Shown: positions 19,947-32,725, counted from the first letter of the stretch. The stretch: 64,000 bases of DNA from an uncultured delta proteobacterium (GCA_963771175.1 CAVYSY010000033.1:384001-448000); one strand, 5' to 3'. Made by a program: numbers and translations. The notes: a model not told the origin generated them from the sequence alone.

Positions 19947-20972
19947 ATGTCCAAGATGATCTCGAAGAAGGCTCTCAAGTGGCTCCTGGTGGTGCTCGGC
20001 GTCGCGGTGGTCGCGCTCATCGGCTTCCGGTACTGGAAGGCGAGGCAGACCGCGCTGCCCGAGGGGATCGCCTCGGGCAACGGCCGGCTCGAGGCGAAGC
20101 TCGTCGACGTGGCCGCCAAGGAACCGCTGCGGGTCAAGGAAGTCCTCGTCGACGAAGGCGCTCTCGTCAAGCCGGGTCAGGTGCTGGTGCGGCTGGACAC
20201 CGTCACCCTCGAGGCGGAGCTGGCCGAGGCCAACGAGGGCATCGCGGCCGCCGAGGAACGCCTGGCGTTCTCCAAGGCCTCCATCGTCAAGCAGAAGAGC
20301 GAGATCGAGCTCGCCGAGATCGAGCTCGAACGCTCCCGGAGACTGGTCAAGGAAGGCGCCGGCTCGCAGCGGGAATTCGACGTCCGCAAGACGCAGCTGG
20401 AGACGACCAAGGCCACCCTCGCGGAAGCGGAAGCGATGCTGCAGACCGCCAAGCAGCAGGTCGAGGTCGCGCGGGCAAACGCGGCGACGATCCAGACGCG
20501 CATCGACGACGCGACGCTCAAGTCCCCCGTTCATCGGAAGAGTCCTCTATCGCCTGGCCGAAGCTCGGCGAGGTCCTCGCTGCCGGCGGAAAGGCGCTGA
20601 CGCTGGTGAACCTGGAGGACGTCTACATGGAGATCTTCCTCCCTTCGGAACAGGCCGCCAGCGTGAAGATCGGCGCCGAAGGGCGGATCACGCTCGACTA
20701 CGCTCCCGACCGCGCCGTCCCCGGATACGTCAGCTTCGTGTCCCCGGAGGCGCAGTTCACGCCCAAGCAGGTCGAGACGCGCAGCGAGCGGGAGAAGCTG
20801 ATGTTCCGCGTCAAGATCCAGGTGCCCAAGGAGCTGGCCAGCCAATACGTCGAGCGCATCAAGACGGGCGTTCGAGGCGTCGGCTACGTCAAGATCGACC
20901 CCTCCGCCAGTCTGGCCGGACTGGCTGCAGAACCTCGTCGCAGCCCGGCTCGTGAGCTCGAAGCCCAGTTGA
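19947..20972 (+). CDS. HlyD-family membrane fusion protein (YhiI-like), frameshifted
   Basis: N-terminal TM, ASGNGRLEA, VSPEAQFTPKQVETRSEREKLMFRVK. Confidence 0.88.
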
Positions 20973-20992
20973 GTGACCTTGGAGACTCATCC

Positions 20993-23784
20993 ATGGTCTC
21001 ATCCGCGTCTTCCGCCGGACAAGGCGGCAAGCCGGTCGTTTCCATCAAAGACGTGACCCACCGCTATGGCAAGGTCGTGGCGCTCGACGGCATCTCCCTC
21101 GACATCCCCAGCGGCATCATGGTCGGCATCGTGGGCCCCGACGGCGTCGGCAAGTCGACGCTCATGGCGCTGATCGCCGGCTCCAAGAAGATGCAGCAGG
21201 GGACGGTGACCGTCCTCGACGGGGACATCGCGCGACGTCCGGCATCGGCGCGCCGTGGGCCCGCGGATCGCGTACATGCCTCAGGGCCTGGGCAAGAATC
21301 TCTATCTGGAGCTCAGCGTCCGCGACAACGTCGACTTCATGGCGCGACTGTTCGGGCTGTCGGCCGCGGAGCGTGAGAGCCGCGATCAAGGAGCTGCTCG
21401 ACGCCACCGGGCTCGGCCCGTTTCCCGATCGCCCGGCCGGCAAGCTCTCGGGCGGAATGAAGCAGAAGGTGGGGCTCTGCGGCGCGCTGGTCCACGAGCC
21501 GGACCTGCTCATTCTCGACGAGCCCACCACCGGCGTCGATCCGCTCTCCCGGCGGCAGTTCTGGACGCTCATCGACGAGATTCGCGCGGGACGCCCCGGC
21601 ATGAGCGTCGTCATTTCCACCGCCTACATGGACGAGGCGCAGAAGTGGGACTGGATCGTGGCCATGGACGCCGGGCGCGTGCTGGCGACGGGAACGCCGG
21701 CCGAGCTGATGGAGCGGACGGGCACGAAGGATCTGGAGCAATGCTTCATCGCCCTGCTGCCGGAAGAGAAGCGCACGGGGCACACCGAGCTGGTGATCCC
21801 GCCCCGGGCTTCCAGGCACGTCGGAGATCGCCATCGAAGCCCACGGCCTGACGCGCCGCTTCGGCAGCTTCACCGCCGTCGACCACGTCACGCTGTCGAT
21901 CGAGCGCGGCGAGATCTTCGGCTTCCTCGGCTCCAACGGCTGCGGCAAGTCCACGACCATGAAGATGCTGACCGGGCTCCTGCCGCCCACCGAGGGGACC
22001 GCGACGCTCTTCGGCAGCTCGGTCGAAGCCGGCAGCATGGAGGTGCGCAAGAACCTCGGATACATGACGCAGGCGTTCTCGCTCTACGGCGAGCTGAGCG
22101 TCCGCCAGAACCTGGCCCTGCACGCGCGCCTGTATCACCTCCCGCCCGAGAAGGCGGAAGCCGCGCATCGAGGAGCTGGTCGAGAGATTCGGGCTGGGCG
22201 CGCACCTCGATGCGTTGGCCGAGGATCTGCCGATGGGCTTGCGCCAGCGGCTTTCGCTGGCCGTCGCCGTTCTGCACGAGCCGCAGATCCTGATCCTGGA
22301 CGAGCCGACGTCGGGCGTCGATCCGGTCGCCCGGGACAGCTTCTGGGAGCTGTTGATCGATCTCTCGCGCAAGCAGGGCGTCACGATCTTCGTGACGACG
22401 CACTTCATGAACGAAGGGATGCGCTGCGACCGCATCTCCCTCATGAACGCGGGAAAGGTGCTGGCCTGTGACGCGCCACAGAAGCTGATCGAAGCGCGCG
22501 GCGCCGCCAGCCTGGAGGACGCCTTCATCGCCTACATGGAAGACGCGATCGCCGACGCCGCGTCACGTCGCGGAGCTGCCCGCCCCACAAGCAGCGGCGG
22601 AGAAGGCGGGTCCCGCGCCATCGCCGCCGCCGCCGCAGCAGTCCGGCCTCCGGCTGCGCCTCGGCCGGATGCTCGCCTACACCCACAACGAGACGATGCA
22701 GATCCTCCGCGATCCGATTCGATTGACCTTCGCTTTCGTCGGGTCGGCGCTGCTGATGCTGGTCTTCGGCTTTGGGATCACCACCGACGTCGAGCACATT
22801 CGCTATGCGTCGCTCGATCTCGATCAGTCGCCCGAGAGCCGGATGTATCTCGAGCAATTCGCGGGCGCAGGCCGGTACTTCTCCGCGACTCCGCCGGCCC
22901 GCTCGGCCGACGAAGCCTTCAAGCGCCTGCAATCGGACGACGTCTCGGTGGTCCTCGAGATCCCGCCCAGCTTCGGCAGAGACTTCCGCCGCGGCTCCGG
23001 CCCGGAGGTCCTGGCGCAGGTGGACGGCGCCATGACGTTCCGCGGCGATACCGTCGAGCAGTACGTCCAGGGAGTGCACAACACCATGCTGCGCGATCCC
23101 GCGAGCGGACTGCAGACGGCCACTCCCCAGAAAGGACAGGCCGACATCGAAGAGCGGTACATGTACAACCCGACCTTCGAGAGCATCTACTCGATCGTGC
23201 CGAGCGTCCCGGCGCTGCTGCTGCTCCTGATACCGGCGATTCTCATGACGGTCAGCATCGTGCGCGAGAAGGAGCTGGGCTCGATGATCAACTTCTATGT
23301 CACGCCGACCGGGAGGCTCGAGTACCTGCTGGGGAAGCAGCTCCCCTACATCGCGATCGGCATGATCAACTTCTTCATCCTGACCGCTCCTGGCGCTGAT
23401 CGTGTTTCGGCGTCCCGATCAAGGGCAGCTTCTTGATGTTGACGCTCTGCACGCTGCTGTACGTCACGGCGACGACGGGCATCGGGATGGTCACCTCGAC
23501 CTTCACCAGCAGCCAGGTCGCGGCCGTCTTCGTCACGGCGATTCTCACCATCGTGCCGACGATCCAGTTCTCCGGGCTGCTCCAGCCGGTCTCGACGCTC
23601 CAGGGAAGCGCCGGGTTCATCGGTTCGATCTGGCCGGCCTCCTACTACATGCACTCCAGCGTGGGCGCCTACACCAAGGGGCTCGGCGCCCGCCTCATGA
23701 TGCCGGACATCGTCTTTCTGGCCTGTTGCATCCCGATCCTCTGGGCCGTCAGCGTCGCTGGGCTTGAGAAAGCAGGAGAAGTAG
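20993..23784 (+). CDS. rbbA: RbbA/YhiH-type fused ABC ATPase-ATPase-permease, frameshifted
   Basis: [54 protein letters not shown]. Confidence 0.88.
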
Positions 23785-23786
23785 CC

Positions 23787-24913
23787 GTGAAGACGCTGCT
23801 GAACATCTTCTGGCTTGGGCTCAAGGAGATTCGCAGCCTGATGAGCGACCTGGTGATGGTCGTGTTCGTCGATCTATGCGTTCACCTTCGCGATCTACGT
23901 CCAGGCGACGGGGACCTCGAGCGAGGTCAACAACGCATCGATCGCCTTCGTGGACGAGGACGGGTCGGCCTTGTCCAAGGAGCTGTTCAACGCTTTCTAT
24001 CCGCCGCGTTTCAAGCTGCCGGAGACGATCTCCGCCGCCGAGGTCCAGGGGCTGATGGACAGAGGCCAGTTCATGTTCGTCGTCGTGATTCCGCCCCGCT
24101 TCGAGCACGACCTTCGCGCGGGTCGCAATCCGGCCATCCAGGTGAACATCGACGCGACCGCCATGCAGCAGGCCGGCATCGGCGCCGGCTACATCAAGAA
24201 CATCATCAACGACCGCGTCGCGTCCTTTCTCAAGCGCACGGAAGTGACGCCGCACGAAGCCCATCAACCTGGTCGTTCGCAAGCTGTTCAACCCGAACGG
24301 AGTCTCCTCCTGGTTCAAGAGCGTGGTGGCCATCATCAATCAGATCACGCTGCTGACGGTCGTCCTGACGGGCGCCGCGGTGATCCGCGAACGCGAGCAC
24401 GGAACGCTCGAGCACCTGCTCGTGATGCCGCTGAGCGCGTTCGAGATCGCGATGGCGAAGGTGTGGGCCAACAGCCTCGTGATTCTCGTCGCGACCGGGG
24501 CTTCACTCCTCCTGGTCGTGCGGATGGCGCTGAAGGTGCCGTTCGCCGGTTCGGTCGTCCTGTGGTTCATCGGCGTCGTGCTCTATCTGTTCTTCGCGAC
24601 GGCGCTCGGAATCTTCCTGGGGACGATTTCACGGTCGATGGCGCAGTTCGCGCTCTTGATCATTCTGGTGATCCTCGTGCTGATGCTTCTTTCGGGCGGG
24701 AGCACACCCGTCGAGAGCCAGCCGAAATGGCTGCAGTACCTCACGTACCTCCTGCCCGCGCGGCATTTCGTCAGCTTCTCGCAGGTGATCATCTATCGCG
24801 GCGGCGGCCTGAGCGCGGTCTGGAGCCAGTTCCTGATGGTGAGTGCGATCGGTCTTGGGTTCTTCGTGTACAGCCTGGCGCTCTTCCGGAAATCGATCGC
24901 GGTGACCAAGTAG
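23787..24913 (+). CDS. ABC-2 permease (YhhJ-like), frameshifted
   Basis: LGLKEIRSL, IDATAMQQAG, IREREHGTLEHLLVMP, LSGGSTP. Confidence 0.88.
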
Positions 24914-24961
24914 GTTCCGGTCCGTCTAGTCGACTCCCAAGAGGGCAAAGAGACACGAGGC

Positions 24962-27900
24962 TCATCGCCCCCGCGCCACCTTCCGGGCCGGCTCCTCCGC
25001 GGTGAACAGCGCCTTGAGCACCCGGCCCGTGGCCGTCTTCAGCCGCGACACCTCCCGTGGCGTCCCCTCGGCGACGATGAGCCCACCGGCCTCGCCGCCC
25101 TCGGGCCCCAGTTCCACCACGTGGTCCGCCGAGGCGATGACGCTCGGGTGGTGCTCGATGACCACCAGCGTGTCCCCCCGGTCCACCAGTCGGCGCAGGA
25201 AGGCGATCAGCTTCGACACGTCCCCGAGGTGAAGGCCCGTGGTGGGCTCGTCGAGCACGTACAGCGTGGGCTCGTGGCGCGAGGAGGCAGTGAGCTCCGC
25301 GGCCAGCTTCAGCCGCTGCGCCTCTCCGCCCGACAGCGTGTTGGACCCCTGCCCGAGCTGCAGATACCCCACGCCCAGGTCGGACAGGCAGGACAGCGGC
25401 GCGGCCACCTTGGGCAGTGCGTGGAAGACCTCCTTCGCCTCGTCCGCGGACAGGCGCAGCGCGTCGCCGATGGTCAGCCCGTGGTAGCGCACCTCCAGCG
25501 TGGACGCGTCGAAGCGCGCCCCGCCGCAGGCCTCGCAGGGGGTGATGACATCCGGGAGGAAGGACATCTCGTGCGAGATGGCCCCCTGCCCTTCGCACTC
25601 CGTGCACCGGCCTCCGGACGCGGTGTTGAACGAGAACCGCGCCGGAGCGAAGCCACGCAGCTTGGCCTCGGGCATGGCGGCGAAGGCCCGACGCAGCTCG
25701 TCCCAGAGGCCCAGGAAGGTGGCCGGCACCGAGCGCGGCGTGCGCCCGATGGGCGACTGATCCACGGCCAGCACGCGGCGGATGGCCTCCACGCCCGAGA
25801 GCGACTTGAAGGGCCCCGGCCGCGTCGTCACCAGCCCGAGCGCCTCGCGCAGGGCCGGATACAGCACCTGGCGCACCAGGGTGCTCTTCCCCGAGCCCGA
25901 CACCCCCGACACCACCGTGAGCCGACCCACCGGGATTCGCAGGTCCGCGCCCTTCAGGTTGTTGGCGCGAGCCCCCTTCAGCTCGATCCACTTCTCGGGC
26001 ACACCCCGGTCCACAGCGGCCTGCACCGCGGGCTCCCGGAGCGCACGGGCCGTGGGAGCATCCTCGACCTGCAGCACCTTCTCGGGCGGACCCTCGGCGA
26101 GGATGCGCCCGCCACCACGACCACCGGTGGGCCCCAGTTCGATGAGGTGGTCCGCCGCGCGGATGGTGTCCGTGTCGTGCTCCACCACGAGCACGGTGGA
26201 GCCGGTGTCCACCAGCGCGCGCAGGTTGGACAGCAGCCGGTGGGTGTCGCGCGGGTGCAAGCCGATGGTGGGCTCGTCCAGCACGTACATCGCCCCGGTG
26301 AGGCCCGCGCCGAGCTGCGCGGACAACCGCAGCCGCTGCATCTCGCCACCCGAGAGCGTGGCCGCGTTCCGGTCCAGCGACAGGTAGCCCAGCCCCACGC
26401 GGTCGAGGAACTCCATGCGCCGCAGCAGTTCCTGGCGGGACGGTTCGCCGAGCAGTGCCCGGTCCCCGCGGAACTTCCACCCGCGCACCTGCTCCAGCGC
26501 GGCGGTGACGGACTGCTGCACCACCTCGTGGTAGCGCGAGCCCTCCAACTTCACGGCGCGCGGCACCGGCTCCAGGCGCGAGCCCTCGCAGGTGCCGCAC
26601 GGCTCCGAGCGACCCTCGGCCAGCGCCTCGGCGCCACCCTCCACGCCGGTGCCCTCGCAGTCCACGCAGCGGCCCTGCTTCGTGTTGAAGGAGAACCACC
26701 GCGGGTCCATCTCCGGCACGGAGAAGCCGCAGACGGGACAGGTCCGCTCGCTGGACAGGAGCGTCTCCTTGTTACCGCTGGTGCGCACCTTCACGGCGCC
26801 CTTGCCCCAGGTGAGGGCCTTGTCGAACACCTCGCGCGGCAGCTTCGCCAGCTTGCCCTCGTACATGACGAGGTCGATGTCGTGCTCGCGCGACTTCACG
26901 AGCTGGGGCGGCTGATCGGTGGAGACCGGCTTGCCGTCGACGATGGCGGCCTCGATGCCCGCCCGGGCGGCGGCGGCGAAGACGTCCAGGTAGGTGCCCT
27001 TGCGCGCGCGCACGGCGGGGGCGAGCACGGTGCCCTCCCCCTTCGTCCCGGTGAGCTGCGCGTAGAGGGCCTCGGCCGTGGTGGCGGCGATGGGCTCTCC
27101 GTCACGCGGGCAGTGGGGCTGGCCCAGCTTGGCGAAGAGGAGGCGCAGGTAGTGGGACACCTCGGTGACGGTGGCCACGGTGCTGGTGGCGCCCGCGCGC
27201 GAGGTGCGCTGCTCCAGCGCCACCGAGGGCGGGATGCTGCTGATGCGCTCCACGTCCGGGCGCGGCATGGTGGGGAGGAACTGGCGCGCGTATGGCGTCA
27301 GCGTCTCCAGGAAGCGCCGCTGGCCCTCGGCGAACACCACGTCGAAGACGAGCGAGCTCTTGCCCGAGCCGCTCGGCCCCGTCACCACCGTCATCTTCCC
27401 CAACGGAATCTGGCAGGACACCTCCTGCAGGTTGTGCTCGCGCGCGTGCTCCACCTCGATGGAGTGAGACACCTGCGCGGCGCCCTTCCCGCGCCGCCCC
27501 GGCACCACCACCTCGCCCAGCTCCCCGCGCAGCGCCTTCGCCGTGAGGCCCTCGCCCCGTGCGACGAGCTGCTCCGGAGTCCCCTCGGCCACGAGGCGCC
27601 CGCCATTGCGGCCACCGCCGGGCCCCAGGTCGATGATCCAGTCCGCGCCCCGCATCACCACGAGGTCATGGTCCACCACGATGATGCTCGCGCCCCGGTC
27701 CACCAGCTCGTGCAGCGCGGCGAGCACCTGGCGCACGTCGGCGTCATGCAGGCCGGCGCTCGGCTCGTCGATGAGGAAGAGCGAGCCCTTGGCCTCGCTG
27801 GCCAGGGCGCGCGCCAGCTTGAGGCGCTGGGCCTCGCCGCCGGAGAGGGTGGACAGGGGCTGGCCGAGGGGCAGGTACCCCAGGCCCAGCCGGGCCACGG

Positions 27901-30265
27901 GTCCCAGCGCACGCATCAGCGCCTTGTCGTCGGAGAAGCGCTCCAGCACCTCGTCCACGGTGAGCTCCAGCACGTCCGCCACGGAGAGGCTCCGGTGCCG
28001 GACGGCCAGCACCTCCTCCTTGAAGCGGCGGCCCCGGCACACGGGGCACAGCAGGGAGACGTCCGCGAGGAACTGCATCTCCACCGTCTCGTAGCCCTCG
28101 CCCGAGCAGGCCTCGCAGCGGCCCTTGTCCACGTTGAAGGAGAAGTGCGCCGAGGTGAGGCCGCGCACCTCGGCCTCGGGCTCGGAGGCGAAGCGATCGC
28201 GAATCCGGTCCCACGCCTTGGTGTACGTGGCCGCGTTGCCTCGCGAGGTACGCCCCAGCGGCGACTGGTCCACGAAGGTGACGCGCTCCACGGCCTCCAG
28301 ACCGTCGACTCCGTCCGCCTCGCCAGGTGCCTCCGCGTCCTTCTCACCGAGGGCGCGCGCGAGGTGGCGGTACACCACCTCGTCCATCAGCGTGCTCTTG
28401 CCCGAGCCACTCGGCCCGGTGATGGCGCACAGCACGCCCAGCGGCACGCGCACGTTGACGCCCTGGAGGTTGTGGGCACGGGCGTTGTGCACCACCAGCT
28501 CGCCGGTGCGCGCGCGCGGCTCGCGCTTCACGTCCTCGGTGCCCGACAACAGCCGGCCGGTGGGCAGGTCCGCGCGCTTCGCCAGCGCCTCGGGCGTGCC
28601 ATCGAAGCACATCTTCCCACCGTGCTTGCCGGCCCCGGGACCCAGCTCCAGCACGCGGTGGGCGGAGCGGATGACGAGCGGATCATGCTCGATGACCAGG
28701 GCGATGTTGCCCCGGGTGGCCAGCTCGGCCATGGCGCCGGTGAGGGGTCCCACGTCGGACGGGTGCAGGCCCACGGTGGGCTCGTCCAGGACGAAGAGCG
28801 CGCCCGTCAGCGAGGTACCCAGCGCCGCGGTGAGGGACACGCGCTGCGCCTCGCCTCCGGAGAGCGTGCGCGCGGGCCGGTCCAGCGTGAGGTAGCCCAG
28901 GCCCACCCGCTCCAGGTAGCCCAGGCGGCTGGCCAGCTCGCGGCGCACCAGCTCACCCTGACCGGTGTGGGTGCGCAGGGCCTCCAGGCGCGCACGAGCA
29001 TCGGACAGCTCCAGCCCGTGCCAGCCGGCCAGATCCACCCCGCCCACGCGCCAGGCCCGAGCGGACTCGTTGAGGCGCGCACCCTGGCAGCTCTCGCACA
29101 GCGAATAGGCGCGATAGCGCGAGAGCAGCACGCGCACATGCATCTTGTACGTGCGGCTCTCCATCCAGCGGAACCACGCGCGCACACCCGGGTAGGCGCG
29201 GCCACCGTCGTAGTCCCCCTCTCCCTCCAGCACCCTCTCCCGCTGCGCCGGGGTGAGCTGCCCCCAGGGCTTGTCCAGGGGAATGCCGTGCTCGCGCGCG
29301 TAGCGGAAGAGCATCTTCCGCTCCCACTCGGACGTCTTGCCCGACCACGGGCGGATGGCGCCCTTCTCCAGGCTCAGCGTCGGGTTCGGCACCACCTTGC
29401 CCCAGTCGATGCCGATGGTGCGGCCGAAGCCCCGACACGTGGGGCAGGCCCCGGTGGGCGACTGGTAGCTGAAGAGGCCAGGCCGGGCCTGCTCGAACTC
29501 GCGCGCGCACTTGGGGCACACCAGTCCACGGCGGATGCGCCGGACGCCCGCGGGGGTGAAGGCCACCGCCTCGCCGTTGCCCATCGTCCACGCCGACTCC
29601 AGCGCCGCCGTCACCCGGCTGAGCTGCGCCTGGGCCAGCTTCAACCGATCCACCACCACGTGCGCTACGCCGGCCGAGTCGGTGGCCTCGCTCGGCCGCA
29701 GCGACTCCAGCTCCCGCACCTCGCCCTGCACCACCAGCCGGTGGAAGCCGTCCTTCAGCAAGCGGGCGCGCACGTCGAGGAACTCAGCGGTGTCCGCGAT
29801 GCGCAGGGGAAAGGCCAGCACGGCCAGGGCGTCGGGCTCGGCGGCGATCGTCGCCGAGGCCGCCACGCGCGCATCGGTGCGCACCGCCTCCACGCCACAG
29901 GAGGGGCACACCGGCATGGCCTCCCGGGTGAAGAGGGCGGACAGGTAGGCCTCCACGTCGGCCAGGGTGGCGACGGTGGAACGCGAGCTCTTCACCGGCG
30001 CGCGGCGATCCACGGCCACGCCCGCTGCCACGGGCTCCAGGGAATCCATCGGAGGCCGCTCCAGTCGCTCGAGGAACTGGCGGGCGTACGGGCTGAAGCT
30101 CTCGACGAAGCGGCGCTGGCCCTCGGCGTAGAGGGTATCCAGGGCGAGGCTGGACTTGCCGGAGCCAGACACCCCGGTGAGGCACACCATTTCACCTTCG
30201 GTGAGCTCCACCGACAGGGACTGGAGATTGTGGGTCCGAGCGCCAACGAGGTGCGTCTTATGCAT
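24962..30265 (-). CDS. uvrA: Excinuclease ABC subunit A, double-length (two UvrA units, four NBDs)
   Basis: Four Walker A motifs ([36 protein letters not shown]), LSGGE signatures, Zn fingers; start [14 protein letters not shown]. Confidence 0.95.
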   Translation of the reverse strand: MHKTHLVGARTHNLQSLSVELTEGEMVCLTGVSGSGKSSLALDTLYAEGQRRFVESFSPYARQFLERLERPPMDSLEPVAAGVAVDRRAPVKSSRSTVATLADVEAYLSALFTREAMPVCPSCGVEAVRTDARVAASATIAAEPDALAVLAFPLRIADTAEFLDVRARLLKDGFHRLVVQGEVRELESLRPSEATDSAGVAHVVVDRLKLAQAQLSRVTAALESAWTMGNGEAVAFTPAGVRRIRRGLVCPKCAREFEQARPGLFSYQSPTGACPTCRGFGRTIGIDWGKVVPNPTLSLEKGAIRPWSGKTSEWERKMLFRYAREHGIPLDKPWGQLTPAQRERVLEGEGDYDGGRAYPGVRAWFRWMESRTYKMHVRVLLSRYRAYSLCESCQGARLNESARAWRVGGVDLAGWHGLELSDARARLEALRTHTGQGELVRRELASRLGYLERVGLGYLTLDRPARTLSGGEAQRVSLTAALGTSLTGALFVLDEPTVGLHPSDVGPLTGAMAELATRGNIALVIEHDPLVIRSAHRVLELGPGAGKHGGKMCFDGTPEALAKRADLPTGRLLSGTEDVKREPRARTGELVVHNARAHNLQGVNVRVPLGVLCAITGPSGSGKSTLMDEVVYRHLARALGEKDAEAPGEADGVDGLEAVERVTFVDQSPLGRTSRGNAATYTKAWDRIRDRFASEPEAEVRGLTSAHFSFNVDKGRCEACSGEGYETVEMQFLADVSLLCPVCRGRRFKEEVLAVRHRSLSVADVLELTVDEVLERFSDDKALMRALGPVARLGLGYLPLGQPLSTLSGGEAQRLKLARALASEAKGSLFLIDEPSAGLHDADVRQVLAALHELVDRGASIIVVDHDLVVMRGADWIIDLGPGGGRNGGRLVAEGTPEQLVARGEGLTAKALRGELGEVVVPGRRGKGAAQVSHSIEVEHAREHNLQEVSCQIPLGKMTVVTGPSGSGKSSLVFDVVFAEGQRRFLETLTPYARQFLPTMPRPDVERISSIPPSVALEQRTSRAGATSTVATVTEVSHYLRLLFAKLGQPHCPRDGEPIAATTAEALYAQLTGTKGEGTVLAPAVRARKGTYLDVFAAAARAGIEAAIVDGKPVSTDQPPQLVKSREHDIDLVMYEGKLAKLPREVFDKALTWGKGAVKVRTSGNKETLLSSERTCPVCGFSVPEMDPRWFSFNTKQGRCVDCEGTGVEGGAEALAEGRSEPCGTCEGSRLEPVPRAVKLEGSRYHEVVQQSVTAALEQVRGWKFRGDRALLGEPSRQELLRRMEFLDRVGLGYLSLDRNAATLSGGEMQRLRLSAQLGAGLTGAMYVLDEPTIGLHPRDTHRLLSNLRALVDTGSTVLVVEHDTDTIRAADHLIELGPTGGRGGGRILAEGPPEKVLQVEDAPTARALREPAVQAAVDRGVPEKWIELKGARANNLKGADLRIPVGRLTVVSGVSGSGKSTLVRQVLYPALREALGLVTTRPGPFKSLSGVEAIRRVLAVDQSPIGRTPRSVPATFLGLWDELRRAFAAMPEAKLRGFAPARFSFNTASGGRCTECEGQGAISHEMSFLPDVITPCEACGGARFDASTLEVRYHGLTIGDALRLSADEAKEVFHALPKVAAPLSCLSDLGVGYLQLGQGSNTLSGGEAQRLKLAAELTASSRHEPTLYVLDEPTTGLHLGDVSKLIAFLRRLVDRGDTLVVIEHHPSVIASADHVVELGPEGGEAGGLIVAEGTPREVSRLKTATGRVLKALFTAEEPARKVARGR

Positions 30266-30424
30266 GGGAGGTGGGTGTTTAACGGCGGAAGTCGGGCCCG
30301 CCAACGGAATCCGAGACGTTGGAGCGAGGCCCCCCACCCCGCCTGCGCCATCGGCATTCGCAGGAGCGCCTGACAGCGCTACCATGAAGCCCCCCCTGAT
30401 TTCCCCCCCGTCGAGGCCGTCCGA

Positions 30425-31609
30425 ATGAGCAGCCGCGTGAACCTGTTCGCACCCGAAGTGCGGGCCAACCCCTACGCCTTCTATGCCGAGCTGCGCCGCA
30501 ACAACCCGGTGTGTCAGGTGGATCCTGGCGGGATGTGGGCCGTCGCGCGCGCCGATGACGTGATGACCGCCTTCAAGAACCCGAAGATCTTCTCATCCGA
30601 GGGTCTCCGGCAGACCTACCGCCCGGAGTGGATTCCCAACTACCCGATCGCGGACTCGATGCTCGTCATGGATCCGCCGGACCACACCCGGCTGCGGGCA
30701 CTCATCTCCCGCGCCTTCGGGCCGAGCGTGCAGACCCGGCTGGAGCCTGACATCCGGGAGAACGTGAAGCGGGTCGTCGCCGCGCTGCCCGCGGGCCGCT
30801 CGGTGGACTTCGTCGAGCACTTCGCCTTCCGCGTCCCCATCGCCGTCGTCGGTGAGCTGGTGGGCATCACCAACCATCCGAAGATCAAGGACTGGATGGA
30901 GGTCATCACCCAGTTCACCAGCGTCGGCTCGGACCTGGATCGGCAGGCGCAGATGCGCGCCACGGTGAATGAGATCCGGCAGCACTTCGAGGAGGTGCTG
31001 GAGGCGCGCCGACGCGAGCCACGCGAGGACCTCGTGAGCGATCTGCTCCGGGCGCGAGTGGACGGCCAGGAGCTGACGCACACCGAGCTGATGGGCTTCC
31101 TCATGCTGCTGCTGCTCGGAGGACTGGAGACGACCGTCCACCTGCTGAGCTACTGCGCCATGCGGTTCCAGGAACAGCCGGAGCTGATGACCCGGCTGCA
31201 CGCGGATCCCACCCTCATTCCCCGGTTCATCGAGGAGGCCCTGCGCCACGGCTCGCCCATCCAGGGGCTGGTGCGGCTGGTCATGGAGGACACGGAGCTC
31301 AGCGGCGTGCGCATTCCCAAGGGAGGGAAGGTGCTGCTGCTGCTGGCCTCGGCCAACCGTGACGAGGCCTGGTTCCCCGACCCCGAGCGCTTCGACATGG
31401 AGCGCCCCGGGCCGCAGAACCTGCCATTCGGTCATGGCATCCACTTCTGCCTGGGCGCGCAGCTCGCGCGCCTGGAGGCTCGGTTGGCCCTGGAAGCGCT
31501 GCTCGCCCGGTTCTCGCGACTGACGCCCGGCGACGGACCGGTGCGCTTCAATGTCTCGGTCATCATGAGAGGCGCGCTGGCCCTGCCCCTCGTGCCCCAC
31601 GAGGTCTGA
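30425..31609 (+). CDS. Cytochrome P450
   Basis: DPPDHTRLR, GGLETT, EEALR, FGHGIHFCLG heme motif. Confidence 0.96.
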   Translation: MSSRVNLFAPEVRANPYAFYAELRRNNPVCQVDPGGMWAVARADDVMTAFKNPKIFSSEGLRQTYRPEWIPNYPIADSMLVMDPPDHTRLRALISRAFGPSVQTRLEPDIRENVKRVVAALPAGRSVDFVEHFAFRVPIAVVGELVGITNHPKIKDWMEVITQFTSVGSDLDRQAQMRATVNEIRQHFEEVLEARRREPREDLVSDLLRARVDGQELTHTELMGFLMLLLLGGLETTVHLLSYCAMRFQEQPELMTRLHADPTLIPRFIEEALRHGSPIQGLVRLVMEDTELSGVRIPKGGKVLLLLASANRDEAWFPDPERFDMERPGPQNLPFGHGIHFCLGAQLARLEARLALEALLARFSRLTPGDGPVRFNVSVIMRGALALPLVPHEV

Positions 31610-31717
31610 GGCCCCTCAGATTGGCCGGTCGCCCTGCCTTCATCGGGCCGCGCTGGCGACGCCGCCTGCCCGGCCCTCTTGGCGTGTCCATGCTCTAAGG
31701 AAGCGCAGGAGGCTCCC

Positions 31718-32725
31718 ATGATGACCGCCGACACCGAACTCTCCACCGCTGAACTCTCCACCGCTCGAGCGGTCGCCGCCCGAGCAGCTCCCTCTCTTGC
31801 CATCCTGGAATTACCGGGCCGCCAGGGCGTCGGCTTCGTGGTCTCCCCGCAGGGCTACCTCGTCACCAACCTGCACGTGGTGGCCGGCGCCGAGGAGGTC
31901 CACGTCCAGCTTGCCGACGAGCAGCTCCTACAGGTGGATGAGGTCGTCGCCCTGGACGAGAAGCGGGACCTGGCCGTGCTGCGGCTGCCCGCGTACGACC
32001 TGCAGGCGCTGGAGCTCGCCCCCGAGGCCCACCCCGGCGAGGGCGACATGGTCTTCATCCTCCTGCCGGCCGGCGGGGGCATGCTGGGGCTGCTGGAGAC
32101 CCGGGTCCAGGCCGTGCAGGTGCTCGACGAGTCCCTCACCTTCCTCGAGCTGGAGGCCGCGCTGCCCGAGGACGCCTCGGGAGGTCCGGTGCTGGATGCC
32201 TCGGGCGCGCTGGTGGGCGTGGCCACCTGCGCCTTCGCGGACGGCCGGCCCGTCACCATCGTCATCCCCTCGCGCTACGTGCAGCCGCTGCTCGAACAGC
32301 CCGGGACGAAGCCGCTCTCCGCGCTCGCCCTCGCCAGGCCCTCGGCCTCCCGCCAGCGGCAGGTGCCCACGCATCCGCTCTCGCTGCTGGAGGGATGCGC
32401 CACGGACGCCGTCGAGGAGGTCGCCCTGGCCATCATGCAGGCCATCCAGGTGGGAGCGCCCACCTACAACCGGGGAGACCCCGCGGGCTGCTACCGCCTC
32501 TACGCGCGCGCGGCCGAGCGGCTCATCCAGGAGCACTCGGACTGCCCCGGTGCACAATCCGCCCTGCGCGAGGGACTCCAGCGGTGCGCGACACTCACCG
32601 ACGCGGATGAGCGGGCCTGGGCCCTGCGCGACACCTTCGACGGTCTGCTCCACGTCATTGATCGCTGGCTGCAGGCCCAGGCGGCCTTCGCGCGCATGGC
32701 GGCCCCCAAGTCATACATGCAGTGA
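31718..32725 (+). CDS. Trypsin-like (S1) serine protease with a C-terminal helical domain
   Basis: GVGF, VTNLHVV, DLAVL, DASGGPV; aggagg RBS. Confidence 0.82.
   Translation: MMTADTELSTAELSTARAVAARAAPSLAILELPGRQGVGFVVSPQGYLVTNLHVVAGAEEVHVQLADEQLLQVDEVVALDEKRDLAVLRLPAYDLQALELAPEAHPGEGDMVFILLPAGGGMLGLLETRVQAVQVLDESLTFLELEAALPEDASGGPVLDASGALVGVATCAFADGRPVTIVIPSRYVQPLLEQPGTKPLSALALARPSASRQRQVPTHPLSLLEGCATDAVEEVALAIMQAIQVGAPTYNRGDPAGCYRLYARAAERLIQEHSDCPGAQSALREGLQRCATLTDADERAWALRDTFDGLLHVIDRWLQAQAAFARMAAPKSYMQ

Noticed and set aside
12208..24913. Programmed ribosomal frameshifting as the cause of the split genes
   Set aside because: Too many shifts, no recurring slippery sequence seen, and these families are not known to be recoded
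30425..31609. P450 as a marker of a biosynthetic gene cluster
   Set aside because: No PKS, NRPS, terpene or RiPP genes nearby
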